The translations under genes and the position numbers were made by a program. Shown here in pieces: positions 9,612-21,906 of a DNA stretch of 64,000 nucleotides. Under the pieces are notes generated by a model, which saw nothing but the letters and a program-made list of their open reading frames with translations, did not search any database and was not told the DNA's origin. This stretch comes from an uncultured Candidatus Binatia bacterium (GTDB taxonomy: Bacteria; Desulfobacterota; Binatia; Bin18), in assembly GCA_965200965.1 (NCBI GenBank), contig OZ241744.1, positions 2,880,001 to 2,944,000 of the forward strand. The letters run 5' to 3'. Each line of letters opens with the position of its first letter. The stretch's first letter is position 1.

Positions 9612-9872
9612 TCAGGCGGCGTGGGGTTTGACTGCTTTGGCTTCTTCATTCACGATTCCCATCGCTTTATACATATCATGTCCGATGCGTTCCTGATCCC
9701 GCAGCCGGGCATCTTGCGGATAGCGGGGGGGATTGAAGCGTCGCGGGTTCAGGTCGCCCAAGGCCCCAAAACCTCGTACGAACCCTCTCCAGAAAGGATT
9801 TTTCCTTCTTCGATACCGTGTGGCCCCGAGCGTGTGGCCCAGATATCTTTGCCGATACGATTCATCCTCCAT
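9612..9872 (-). CDS. Small hypothetical protein (type usually found upstream of DUF2335 genes)
   Basis: FWRGFVRGFGALGDL...DQERIGHDMYKAM pattern; AAGGAGG-like RBS. Family link is from recollection. Confidence 0.55.
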   Translation of the reverse strand: MEDESYRQRYLGHTLGATRYRRRKNPFWRGFVRGFGALGDLNPRRFNPPRYPQDARLRDQERIGHDMYKAMGIVNEEAKAVKPHAA

Positions 9873-9977
9873 TGCAGAATCCTCCTTGTGCCTCTCTTTA
9901 TCAAAATGGCTTCAAGCTGAAAACCACCACAGACCCGCCCTTGTACTGGGCTGGGCAAGGGCATACAAGCGTGAGCT

Positions 9978-12900
9978 ATGCCGGCGGGAGTGGCTGTCAG
10001 ACCAAAAGACATCCGGGAATACTACGCCGCCCTCGACGCGTACGCCAGGCAGGGCGTGACGCATGAGGGGGCGGTCCGCTCAGCCTTTCAGAACCTGCTG
10101 GCCGAGACCGGCCGGCGGGTCGGCTGGACGCTCATCCCGGAGATGTCGATCGGGCCTATCCGGCCTGATGGCACGTTCCGGGATGAGTATTTTCTCAACC
10201 GTGGCTACTGGGAAGCCAAGGACACCGGAGACCGGCTTGAAGCCGAAATTGACAAGAAAAGAGACAAAGGCTATCCGCTGACAAACACGATCTTTGAAGA
10301 CACCCGGCGTGCCCACCTGTACCAGAACGGGCAGGTCGCCATGCAGGTTGATCTCGGCCAGCGGGCGCAACTCAGCAGCCTGCTCATCGCCTTTTTCTCC
10401 TATACCGAGCCGGCCCATGAGGACTTCAGTACTGCGGTTGACGATTTCAAGCAGCGCGTCCCGGACCTTGCGCGTGGCCTCGTCCAGATCATCGGGGACG
10501 CCCACGCCACCAACGCCCGATTCAAGCGAGCCTTTGCCAGCTTCTTTGCCCTGTGCCGCGAGTCCTTGAACCCCAACCTGAGCGAAGCCGCGGTGGATGA
10601 GATGCTGGTGCAGCATCTGTTGACCGAGCGGCTGATTCGGACGATTTTTGACAGTCAGGACTTTACCCGCCGGAACGTGATTGCGCGCGAGGTGGAAACA
10701 GTCATTGATGCCCTGGTCAGCCGGGCCTTCAACCGGCCGGCATTCCTCAAACGGCTTGACCCGTTCTATCTGGCGATTGAGTCCGCGGCGCAGACGATTG
10801 CGGACTTCCGCGAAAAGCAGCGTTTCCTGAACGCCGTCTATGAGCGTTTCTTTCAGGGCTATTCGGTCAAGGCCGCGGATACGCTGGGCATTGTCTACAC
10901 ACCACAGGAAATTGTCGATTTCATGTGCGCAAGCGTCGAGCGGGTGCTGAAAGACGAGTTCGGCAAGACCCTCAGCGACCCCGGGGTGAACATCCTTGAC
11001 CCCTGCACGGGAACCGGGAACTTTGTGGTCAACCTGTTGCGGCGCATCCCCAGCCGTGAGTTGCACCGGGTCTACACCACGCAGTTGTTTGCCAACGAGG
11101 TCATGCTGCTTCCGTACTACGTTGCCGCCCTCAACATTGAGCACGCCTATTATGAACGCACAGGCGTGTATGAGCCGTTTGACGGCCTGTGTTTTGTGGA
11201 TACGCTTGAGCTCGCCGAGGACAGCGAGCGACAATTTGCGTTTATGACCGAAGAGAACACCGCGCGGGTAGAGCGGCAAAAGACCGCACCCATCACCGTC
11301 ATCATTGGCAACCCGCCCTACAACGTCGGCCAGATCAACGAAAACGACAATAACAAGAACCGCAAGTACAAGGTCATAGATGAACGTATCAGAGTCACTT
11401 ACGCGAAGGATTCGAAGGCAACGCTAAACATGCAGCTCTATGACGCTTATGTGAAGTTCTTTCGCTGGGCGGTGGAGCGGCTGGAAGACCGGGACGGGAT
11501 TGTGTGCTTTGTGACAAATAATAGCTTCGTAGACGGTATTGCCTTTGATGGTATGCGGAAGCACCTCCTGCGAGACTTTACATATCTATATCATGTGGAC
11601 CTCCACGGCAACGTGCGTAAGAGTTCCAAAGGCGGGAATGTGTTCGGAATCCGGGTTGGGGTCGGAGTCACAGTTGCCGTTCGTAATTCAGAGCATATGA
11701 ATCACAAGCTGCTATACTATCGCGTTCCTGAAAACTGGCGTAAGGAAGAAAAGCTCTCTTGGTTAACAAAAAAGCGGGGCATTGAGGATGTGGATTGGCG
11801 GCCGTTACTGCCTGACGACAATCATACTTGGCTTGTTCCTGCCTATGCGGACGAGTTTGGTGCATTGCTGCCATTGGGCTCAAAAGAGGCCAAATCAGGC
11901 AAAGACAAGCCTGGAGAGATTATATTCAGAATATACTCTTCGGGAGTATGTACTAATTCAGACGCTTATGTGTACGATTTCGATTCATCCTCGCTTATTG
12001 ATCGCGCCAAAAACATGGTTGAGAATTTCAACACCGAACTTGACCGTTGGAAGCGGAACGACGAACCGAAAGACCTCAATACATTCTTGAAAGTCGATGA
12101 GACGGTCTTGAAGTGGATTCGTAATACCAAACGTGTTTTTCTGCGTGGCAATTATGTTGACTTCGACCTTGCTTCCATCCGAAATAGCCTGTATCGTCCT
12201 TTCACCAAACGTTCCCTATTTTTTAACCCAGTTTTCAACGAAGACACATACCGCTTGCCGTCAATATTCCCAACGATTTCCAGTGAAACGGAAAATCGTC
12301 TCATTTGTGTCAGTGATATAGGCCATAGGGCAGATTTTAGCACTTTAGTGATAGATACTCTGCCGGATCAGCATCTTCTTGCGAGTCTCGACCGTTTTCA
12401 GTTTTTCCCCTTCTACGTCTACGACGAAGAGGGAGGCAATCGGCGGGAGAATATCACCGAGTGGGCGCTGTCACAGTTCCGCAGGCACTATGCTGAGGCC
12501 AGCATCAGCAAGTGGGACATATTCTACTATGTGTATGGGCTGCTGCATCATCCCGGCTACCGGGAGCAGTTCGCCGAGAACCTGAAACGCGAGCTGCCGC
12601 GTCTGCCGTTTGCCCCGGACTTCCGGGCCTTTGCCGCTGCCGGCAAGCAGCTCGCCCGGCTGCACCTCGAGTACGAGAGCCTTGAGCCGTATGACTTGCA
12701 GTGGCTCGAAGCGGACGATGTGCCGCTCTCGCAGCGCGTGGAGCGCATGAAGCTCAGCAAGGACAAGACCGCCCTTGTTGTCAATGACTCGCTCACCCTG
12801 GCCGGGATTCCCCCGGAGGTGTTCGCCTACCGGCTCGGCAATCGCAGCGCGCTGGAGTGGGTGATTGACCAGTACCGCATCAAGACCGACAAGCGCAGCG

Positions 12901-13031
12901 GCATCCGCTCTGACCCCAACCGCCTTGACGACGAAGCCTACATCGTCCGCCTCGTCGGCCAAGTCGTCCGCCTCAGCCTGGAAACCGTCAGCATTGTGGC
13001 CGGTCTGCCGGCGGAGCTGGGGGCCGCTTAG
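9978..13031 (+). CDS. Type IIG / type ISP-like restriction-modification enzyme (nuclease-N6 MTase-TRD, no helicase)
   Basis: PDG...WEAKD nuclease motif, GIVYTP, ILDPCTGTGNF, IIGNPPY, LlaBIII-like C-terminus (YRPF, YRLGNRSALEWVIDQY). Confidence 0.88.
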   Translation: MPAGVAVRPKDIREYYAALDAYARQGVTHEGAVRSAFQNLLAETGRRVGWTLIPEMSIGPIRPDGTFRDEYFLNRGYWEAKDTGDRLEAEIDKKRDKGYPLTNTIFEDTRRAHLYQNGQVAMQVDLGQRAQLSSLLIAFFSYTEPAHEDFSTAVDDFKQRVPDLARGLVQIIGDAHATNARFKRAFASFFALCRESLNPNLSEAAVDEMLVQHLLTERLIRTIFDSQDFTRRNVIAREVETVIDALVSRAFNRPAFLKRLDPFYLAIESAAQTIADFREKQRFLNAVYERFFQGYSVKAADTLGIVYTPQEIVDFMCASVERVLKDEFGKTLSDPGVNILDPCTGTGNFVVNLLRRIPSRELHRVYTTQLFANEVMLLPYYVAALNIEHAYYERTGVYEPFDGLCFVDTLELAEDSERQFAFMTEENTARVERQKTAPITVIIGNPPYNVGQINENDNNKNRKYKVIDERIRVTYAKDSKATLNMQLYDAYVKFFRWAVERLEDRDGIVCFVTNNSFVDGIAFDGMRKHLLRDFTYLYHVDLHGNVRKSSKGGNVFGIRVGVGVTVAVRNSEHMNHKLLYYRVPENWRKEEKLSWLTKKRGIEDVDWRPLLPDDNHTWLVPAYADEFGALLPLGSKEAKSGKDKPGEIIFRIYSSGVCTNSDAYVYDFDSSSLIDRAKNMVENFNTELDRWKRNDEPKDLNTFLKVDETVLKWIRNTKRVFLRGNYVDFDLASIRNSLYRPFTKRSLFFNPVFNEDTYRLPSIFPTISSETENRLICVSDIGHRADFSTLVIDTLPDQHLLASLDRFQFFPFYVYDEEGGNRRENITEWALSQFRRHYAEASISKWDIFYYVYGLLHHPGYREQFAENLKRELPRLPFAPDFRAFAAAGKQLARLHLEYESLEPYDLQWLEADDVPLSQRVERMKLSKDKTALVVNDSLTLAGIPPEVFAYRLGNRSALEWVIDQYRIKTDKRSGIRSDPNRLDDEAYIVRLVGQVVRLSLETVSIVAGLPAELGAA

Positions 13032-13054
13032 TCTGCCAAGCGCTGACTGACCGG

Positions 13055-13423
13055 CTAGGTCGCCTGGAGTCGTTGGTCGGCGGTCCATTCTTCTTCGCTG
13101 TACAGAACGAAGCAGCAGAACTGTTCGGGGTCTCGTCTTGCTTCCTGCTCAAGGACGCGGAGGGACGCGGCTTTGCACTGCGCAACGACATCCTGCCAGC
13201 GGACTGTTTGCAAGAACTCTGACCAATCCGCTGAATTGATCGGAACCCGGGGATGAATCGCACCCTGCCGGATATGCACAAAGTCCATGCCAATCACCGC
13301 AAGCCCCTTTTGCGAACATTCCTCAACAAGCCGCCCAGCCTCTTGCAGGGAAAGATAGCGCTCGCCTCCTCTGACAATTCCCAGACCCTCATACCGCTCA
13401 ATGATCTGGTCAGTCATGCTCAT
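13055..13423 (-). CDS. ImmE5-like immunity protein
   Basis: LSLQEAGRLVEECSQKGLAVIGMD...NSADWS resembles recalled ImmE5 (LSPKAAIEVCNEAAKKGLWILGID...SSASWT); lies directly downstream of the toxin. Confidence 0.7.
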   Translation of the reverse strand: MSMTDQIIERYEGLGIVRGGERYLSLQEAGRLVEECSQKGLAVIGMDFVHIRQGAIHPRVPINSADWSEFLQTVRWQDVVAQCKAASLRVLEQEARRDPEQFCCFVLYSEEEWTADQRLQAT

Positions 13424-13437
13424 AAGCCCCTCGCTTT

Positions 13438-13713
13438 TCAGAACGGAAGCTGCCAATCAGGGTTATTTCGATCGCTGACCTGGACAATCCCTCCAGTTTC
13501 ATCATTCTGCACGACATAACTGCCATCGGCACGAATATAGGCGGTTGCTGGATCATCGCGTCTCTGCCCGTCCGGTTTATATCTGCTGTCCTTTGTTGTC
13601 TTTGTTCGGTGCGGATTATCTATTGTCTCGGTCACTAGCTCTTTATTCCAGCCTCGTCTGCCCATTTGCTTGCCAATTTTTTTCTCTATTGGCAAATTTC
13701 TTTTCTCAGCCAT
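13438..13713 (-). CDS. Stand-alone colicin E5-like ribonuclease (tRNA anticodon nuclease)
   Basis: KIGKQMGRRGW, R.DPATAY, YVVQNDETG.IVQVSD..PDW match the colicin E5 C-terminal RNase domain. AAGGA RBS before ATG 13713. Confidence 0.85.
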   Translation of the reverse strand: MAEKRNLPIEKKIGKQMGRRGWNKELVTETIDNPHRTKTTKDSRYKPDGQRRDDPATAYIRADGSYVVQNDETGGIVQVSDRNNPDWQLPF

Positions 13714-13782
13714 GTCTATTCCTTTCATAGTACATAAGAATTCTTGCGAGTTCTATTGATGCTGTTTTACGGCGAAAGTGGC

Positions 13783-14508
13783 TTAGCCCTGGGCGTCAAG
13801 CTGCTGACGGAAGCTGGCTGAACGTTGGATGAGGTCGGCGTACTGCTCCGGCGTCAGGCGGCCCCGCACGAGTTCAAGCCGCAGGAACAGAAAATAGGTC
13901 TGAATAACATCGCGGCGGCAATAGCGATGAATCTCGGCAAGGCGGCCGGCTTCCCAGTACTGCTGGACCTGCGAGCCATCAATCCCGACCTTGCCCGGCA
14001 GGCCGATCATTTTTGTCAGCAGGTTCAGCCCGCCCCGCAGGCGTTGAGCGCCGTAGTTGGTGACAAAATCGTACAGGTCATAGTGGCCCTCTTCGCTGAA
14101 GCGGTAGCGGGCTTTGCCGCTGAAGTAATGCGGGGCCGGACAGCCGTACCTGAGCGCGTGGAGTTCGAGGACGGGCAGGTCGAAACCGCGCCCGTTGAAC
14201 GTGACCAGCGCCCCCCGAAAGCGCTCGAAGCGCTGCCAGAAGGTCCGCACGATGGTTTCTTCGTCGGCGTCCTCCCCGCCGAGGGTCTCGACCGCGGCCA
14301 GACCGCGGTCCTCATCGACCTGGCCCACGCCAATAGAGACGGGGATATGAAATGGGACGGGAAAGAAGTCGCTGCCGTGCTCTTGCCTGAGGTGTTGCCG
14401 GACCTGGGCATAGGCCTCGTCGTCCGAGATGTCGGCGTCCGGGTGATAGACCTGCCGGACGAGGTGTTTGTCAATGCGGGTCTCAATATCGAGAATGGTG
14501 TAACGCAT
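13783..14508 (-). CDS. PolB-related 3'-5' exonuclease
   Basis: ILDIET, VTFNGRGFDLPVL, YCRRDV (DEDDy motifs). Confidence 0.9.
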   Translation of the reverse strand: MRYTILDIETRIDKHLVRQVYHPDADISDDEAYAQVRQHLRQEHGSDFFPVPFHIPVSIGVGQVDEDRGLAAVETLGGEDADEETIVRTFWQRFERFRGALVTFNGRGFDLPVLELHALRYGCPAPHYFSGKARYRFSEEGHYDLYDFVTNYGAQRLRGGLNLLTKMIGLPGKVGIDGSQVQQYWEAGRLAEIHRYCRRDVIQTYFLFLRLELVRGRLTPEQYADLIQRSASFRQQLDAQG

Positions 14509-14522
14509 GGACGAACTCGGGG

Positions 14523-15521
14523 CTACTGCGACACAAACTTGATGGAGCCGCCCTCGTGTATCCGCTCGACCTTGCCGTCGTACATGAGCAGGTGGAGATG
14601 TGCCAGGGTCTCAAACGCGGCGGCCATCAGATGAAAGATGGGCGGTTTGTCTTTGCCAAAGTCAAAGATGTTCATGGCGATGTCAAACGCGGTGATGGGC
14701 GTGGTGTGGGTCTGGTCGTGGATTTCCTTGAGCCGATAGATGTGGTGCTGGATGATCTGTCTGGCCCGGTAGCGGTGGTCCTTGAAATTGCCGCCGTGGG
14801 CCGGCAGGACGAGTTCCACGTCGAGCGCCTGGATTTTCTCGTGCGAGTTGATGAAATCCCTGAGCGGGTTCTGTGGCCCGGAGTAATACACGCCAACGTG
14901 GGGGGTGATTTTGGGCAGGAGATGGTCGCCGGCAATCAGCACCTTGTCTGTGGGAAAATAAAAGCAGCAGTGGCCGGGGGTATGGCCCGGCGTCCACACG
15001 GCCCGGAGTTCACGGTCTCCGACACACAGGGTGTCGCCGTCTTCAATCGGATGGTCCGGCATGACCGGCAGATAGCGCGTACCAAAATGGCTGGCCGGGC
15101 TGGGCAGGCCGTCTGGAAACTCGTCAAGCGGAATGCCGTGGGCACGGAAGAACGCCAGGGCCTCGGGCAAGGGCTGGGTGGACTGCATACGCTCAATCCG
15201 CTGTTTCTCGAGCGGGTTGAGATAGACCTCGGCCCCGGTCATCTCTTTGCAGGTCCGCGAGGTACCAAAGTGGTCGGCGTGGTGGTGGGTACAGATCAGC
15301 TTGCGAATGGCCGAGGGCCGACAGCCGACCCGGTTGAGGGCCGATGTGAGGGTGGCGACACTCTCTTTGGTGTGCATGCCGGTGTCAAACAGCGCCCATT
15401 CATCCCGGTCACGGACGAGGTGGATATTGACAATGCTGGGCCGCATCGGCAGCGGCATATGGATTTGATAGATATCCGCAGCAACTTCACGAATCTTGGC
15501 GTCTTGCATGGGGTTACTCAT
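14523..15521 (-). CDS. MBL-fold metallo-hydrolase
   Basis: THHHADHFG, PGHTPGH, GDH, PAHG motifs. Confidence 0.92.
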   Translation of the reverse strand: MSNPMQDAKIREVAADIYQIHMPLPMRPSIVNIHLVRDRDEWALFDTGMHTKESVATLTSALNRVGCRPSAIRKLICTHHHADHFGTSRTCKEMTGAEVYLNPLEKQRIERMQSTQPLPEALAFFRAHGIPLDEFPDGLPSPASHFGTRYLPVMPDHPIEDGDTLCVGDRELRAVWTPGHTPGHCCFYFPTDKVLIAGDHLLPKITPHVGVYYSGPQNPLRDFINSHEKIQALDVELVLPAHGGNFKDHRYRARQIIQHHIYRLKEIHDQTHTTPITAFDIAMNIFDFGKDKPPIFHLMAAAFETLAHLHLLMYDGKVERIHEGGSIKFVSQ

Positions 15522-15726
15522 GGACACGATCTTTGACCGGAAAGGTTGCCTTGATTTTGACCTTCCACAGGGCGATGCTGCCGTTCTCGACAATCGCTTT
15601 GATGTCGGTGACTTCGACCTGCTCAATACCGCTGATGGTCACCGTGGCGCGGGACACGGCCAGGGCCACCGCCTCTTCAATACCGGACTTTGAGTTGCCG
15701 GTAAGTTCTATTGTTTTCTCAACCAT
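15514..15726 (-). CDS. Dodecin family protein
   Basis: KTIELTGNS..GIEEAV..A..RA..T pattern, 70 aa. Confidence 0.85.
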   Translation of the reverse strand: MVEKTIELTGNSKSGIEEAVALAVSRATVTISGIEQVEVTDIKAIVENGSIALWKVKIKATFPVKDRVHE

Positions 15727-15740
15727 TGTCGGACCTCCTC

Positions 15741-16370
15741 TCACTCCAGGGACGCAGCCGGCGGGTCGAATGTGGCCGGCACAAGCGGTGTATCAGGGGA
15801 AGACAGGTGGGCATAGATGACCTGCCGGGCGCGGGTCAGGATCCCGCGCAGGGTATCGGCGTTCTCCGGCTCAACAACCTGCTGGACCAGGACGCCGTTC
15901 AGCGCGGCCATGATCAGCGCCGCGTCTTCGGTTGGTTTGACGCGGCTGGTAAAGTGTCCGGTCTCTCGACCACGCTCAAGAATGGTAGCCAGCAGGCCCC
16001 GGTAGACCCGGTAGAGTTTGTTGACATGGGCCACTACGTCTTTGGAGTTTTCTTCTTCACGCACGACCTGGCTGAGCATGAACTTCACCGAATCAACGTT
16101 TGTGGCGATGAACTCCGAGTAGTCGGTGATCAGCTTCTCCAACTGCTGCCGGGCGTCGAGGCCGCGCAGCGTCTTCTCATCAATCGCGTAGGGGGCGAGA
16201 AAGTGTTGCAGCGCGGTCCGAAACAGCTGCTCTTTGGTCTCGAAATACCACAGGATGAGCGCTTTGCTGACCTGGGCTTCCCGGGCAACCTGGGCCAATG
16301 AGGTATCGGCATAGCCGTGGGTGGCAAACAGTTGGCCCGCGGTTTCCAGTATTCTTTCGCGTGCAGCCAC
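15741..16370 (-). CDS. TetR/AcrR family regulator
   Basis: RERILETAGQLFATHGY..TSLAQVAREAQVSKALILWYFETKEQL HTH. Confidence 0.92.
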   Translation of the reverse strand: MAARERILETAGQLFATHGYADTSLAQVAREAQVSKALILWYFETKEQLFRTALQHFLAPYAIDEKTLRGLDARQQLEKLITDYSEFIATNVDSVKFMLSQVVREEENSKDVVAHVNKLYRVYRGLLATILERGRETGHFTSRVKPTEDAALIMAALNGVLVQQVVEPENADTLRGILTRARQVIYAHLSSPDTPLVPATFDPPAASLE

Positions 16371-16413
16371 GCCGACAGCCTAGGGAAAATGCCCCGCACT
16401 GTCAACGAGAACG

Positions 16414-16467
16414 GCGGGGGCAGGCCCGCGGCGAGCCAACCCGGGTGGGCTTGGCTCGCGCCCCCGC
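16414..16467. terminator. GC-rich hairpin after the clpB stop
   Basis: gcgagccaa/ttggctcgc and gcgggggc/gcccccgc inverted repeats; no clear U-tract. Confidence 0.4.
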
Positions 16468-19095
<2,628 letters not shown>

Positions 19096-19202
19096 AGTGT
19101 TCCTCCCTGGGTACGCGCCGGTTGGTGGCTCGTGGCTGTTCAAAAGCTAAGCCGGTGAGGGGGAGTGTCAAGCCGGGAAGGAACGGGCTGGACCGTCGGT
19201 GA

Positions 19203-20114
19203 TCAGGTCAGACAGGTATTAAACCGCTCATTGACTTCCTGCTGGATATAAAACACTGCCCTGCCGAACTGATCGGCCGTCCAGGTGATGCACGGGAAGT
19301 CGGGATAGGTCGTATAGCCGCCCGAGAAGACCTCGTTGCGATTGCCGTTCGGACCAAAGAAATAGATCGTCGTCCCCCGGGTAATGCCATGACGGGTCGG
19401 TCCCATATCGATCTTCAGATTGTTGCGCGACAGGGTATCGCCAGCCCGCAGAATATCGTGCCAGCTATCCAGCCAAAAGGCGTAGTGGTGCAGCTTTCCG
19501 TTCGGGCCTCTGACAAAGGCGATATCGTGCGCCTTGTTGGAGCAGAACAGAAAAGCGGCCAGCAGTTCATCGCTGTGCCGGTCTGGGACAATCCGCTCAC
19601 TCATCCGAAAGCCCAGCGCCCGGGTAAAAAAATCAACGCTGGTCTGGACATCTTCGGCCGTCAGCAGCAGATGGTCGAGGCGGGACGGGGCGATACCCGT
19701 CTGCCGGTCCGGCCAGGGGGCCGGGTTGAGTACGCCGACGCTGGTGCCCGGCTGCTCGGCCTCGGCGTACAATTCCAGCACATGGTCCGAGGGCAAGGTA
19801 CAGCGGAGCGCCTCCCCCTGGCCCGGGTTTTCTCCGCATGACAGCCGCTTGACGGTCAGGCCAAAGGTCTGGGCGGCGTGTTCTATACGCTCCAGGTCGT
19901 CCGGGCTCTCGACCTTATAGCCCATTTTGACCAGCCCCAAGCCGCCGTTTTCAATCACGACACTGTGGTGGTCGTACTCGTCCCAGCATTTGAAGTAGCG
20001 CTTGCCGTCCTGACGGGTGACCTCGTGGAGACCCAGAACCTGGGTATAGTAGTGGCTGGCTCTATCAAGGTCGGTTTCGCGCACATGGACAAACCCCAGT
20101 CGCATCACACCCAT
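19203..20114 (-). CDS. xylE: Catechol 2,3-dioxygenase
   Basis: MGVMRLGFVH, YFKCWDEYDHHSV, RLDH, AHDIAF, LHHYAFWLDSW, GPTRHGITRGTTIYFF..GNRNE motifs. Confidence 0.93.
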   Translation of the reverse strand: MGVMRLGFVHVRETDLDRASHYYTQVLGLHEVTRQDGKRYFKCWDEYDHHSVVIENGGLGLVKMGYKVESPDDLERIEHAAQTFGLTVKRLSCGENPGQGEALRCTLPSDHVLELYAEAEQPGTSVGVLNPAPWPDRQTGIAPSRLDHLLLTAEDVQTSVDFFTRALGFRMSERIVPDRHSDELLAAFLFCSNKAHDIAFVRGPNGKLHHYAFWLDSWHDILRAGDTLSRNNLKIDMGPTRHGITRGTTIYFFGPNGNRNEVFSGGYTTYPDFPCITWTADQFGRAVFYIQQEVNERFNTCLT

Positions 20115-20174
20115 GATATCCCTCCGCTGCGGTAATGGGTGCAGGTGTAGCAGGAAAGCGGCCCAAGGGGAAAT

Positions 20175-20576
20175 GTGGCCCTGAAGAACTCATCGTTCCC
20201 TTTTCAGCCCGGAGCGGCTAAGGTCTGGCCTGTGAGATGCCGCTACTGCCGCGACCGCGCCGGTTTTCGCCGGGTGTGTGCCGACTGCCGGCGCTTGCTG
20301 GCTCTTTACACCCGGTGCCAGGGCCGGCTGAGCCTGCTCCAACTCGTGGACCTGTACATTGACGCGGGTGTGTCTCGGGAGAAGATCGAGGCCTTTCTGA
20401 ACGCCGACCCTACCGGTCAGGGCAGCCTCAAAGACCGGATTACGGCCGACATGAGTACCGAACTGCTGGGCGCGATGGGGATCAACGCACGGCAAACCGC
20501 CCACGATGTCAAACGGCTCCGCAACCAGGGCAACTGGCGAAGCATGGATGCACGACCCGAAGAGGGGAAACACTGA
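20175..20576 (+). CDS. Hypothetical protein with N-terminal CxxC...CxxC
   Basis: CRYC...CADC; host-like codon usage; start may be GTG 20232. Confidence 0.6.
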   Translation: MALKNSSFPFQPGAAKVWPVRCRYCRDRAGFRRVCADCRRLLALYTRCQGRLSLLQLVDLYIDAGVSREKIEAFLNADPTGQGSLKDRITADMSTELLGAMGINARQTAHDVKRLRNQGNWRSMDARPEEGKH

Positions 20577-20722
20577 TACACGCTGCCAGACTTTTCGGTA
20601 AGGGAGACGCCCCGGCGTTTCCCGTGCGGCTCAGCATGCGCTTGGGAGTGTCAACTCGTCTTGATTCCTGCGGCCCCCGGGGGCTATGACAGGGGGGGCA
20701 CATTCACGAGCAGGAGGACTCT

Positions 20723-21637
20723 ATGGCAGAAATTGAATTTGGCACCGCGCTACCGGGAACGGACAAGACCGCGGAGTTTGCCCGGCGGGCGGAAGAACTG
20801 GGGTTTAACTATTTGGGTTGTGGTGAGCATGTGATGTTCCACGGGCCGGTCGGCAATACTTTCATATCGCTGTCGGTGGCCGCGGGGGCGACCCAAAAGA
20901 TCAAACTCATCAGCTCGATTGTGTTGCTGCCGCTGTATCCCGCGGCTCTGGTGGCCAAGATGGGCGCGGCGCTCGATGTGGCCTCCAACGGGCGCTACCA
21001 TTTTGGGGTGGGCATCGGTGGTGAGTTTCCCAAAGAGTTCGAGGCCTGCGGGGTACCGGTCAAGCAGCGCGGCTCACGGACCAATGAGGCCCTGGAAGTC
21101 ATCACCCGCTTGTGGACCGAGACACAGGTGTCTTTTGCCGGCAGGTATACAACACTCAATGAGGTCACGATTGAGCCTGCCCCGGTTCAAAAGCCGCGCC
21201 CGCCGATCTGGGTTGCCGGCCGCAAAGAGCCGGCCATGCGGCGCACCGCCACCTACGCCGATGGCTGGCTGCCGTATATGTATACGCCCGAGCAACTGCA
21301 CGACAGCATTGAGACAATCAAAGCCTACCGGCGGGAAGCCGGCCGTGATGTTGAGTCCTTTATTCCCGGGGTGTTTATTTTTACCGCCACCCACGCCAAG
21401 GGCGACACCGGCCGTGAGATGGTCGCCGCCCGGCTGGGCAGACAGTACGCCCAGGATTTCTCAAAGCTGGCCGGAAAATACGCCCTGGCCGGTACGCCCG
21501 ATGAGTGCCGCAAACGCTTGCAGGAGTATATTGACGCCGGGGCAAAAATGGTCATGCTGCCGTCGGCCTGCCCCGCCGATTATATTGAGGAAAACACCCG
21601 GCTTATCGCCCAGGAGATAATGCCGGCATTTCGGTGA
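20723..21637 (+). CDS. LLM-class flavin-dependent oxidoreductase
   Basis: AEELGF..L..GEH, SNGR...GVGIGG..EF, PPIWVAG motifs. Confidence 0.92.
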   Translation: MAEIEFGTALPGTDKTAEFARRAEELGFNYLGCGEHVMFHGPVGNTFISLSVAAGATQKIKLISSIVLLPLYPAALVAKMGAALDVASNGRYHFGVGIGGEFPKEFEACGVPVKQRGSRTNEALEVITRLWTETQVSFAGRYTTLNEVTIEPAPVQKPRPPIWVAGRKEPAMRRTATYADGWLPYMYTPEQLHDSIETIKAYRREAGRDVESFIPGVFIFTATHAKGDTGREMVAARLGRQYAQDFSKLAGKYALAGTPDECRKRLQEYIDAGAKMVMLPSACPADYIEENTRLIAQEIMPAFR

Positions 21638-21904
21638 TCAGTCGGGCTTATGCCGGCGTTGCCTATCGCCGGCCCGACACTCAGGGCTGCAAAAGGTGCG
21701 CGCTTTGCCGCCCACCAGGGCACGAATCGCCTCCGGCTCGGGGATAAACTGCTCGCACTGCGCGCATTGCACAAGCGGCGTTCCGCCCGTTGTCGGCGGG
21801 TCTTGCCGCCCGGCGGGGGCGGGCGAGCGGAAGAGGCGGCGTACCCCACGCGAGATGAGGTACACCGCCCCGGCGATAATCAGGAGGCGGACCAGCCCTC
21901 CCAT
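21638..21904 (-). CDS. PP0621-family small membrane protein
   Basis: N-terminal TM segment, LVQCAQCEQFIP...FCSPEC. Confidence 0.75.
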   Translation of the reverse strand: MGGLVRLLIIAGAVYLISRGVRRLFRSPAPAGRQDPPTTGGTPLVQCAQCEQFIPEPEAIRALVGGKARTFCSPECRAGDRQRRHKPD

Positions 21905-21906
21905 AC

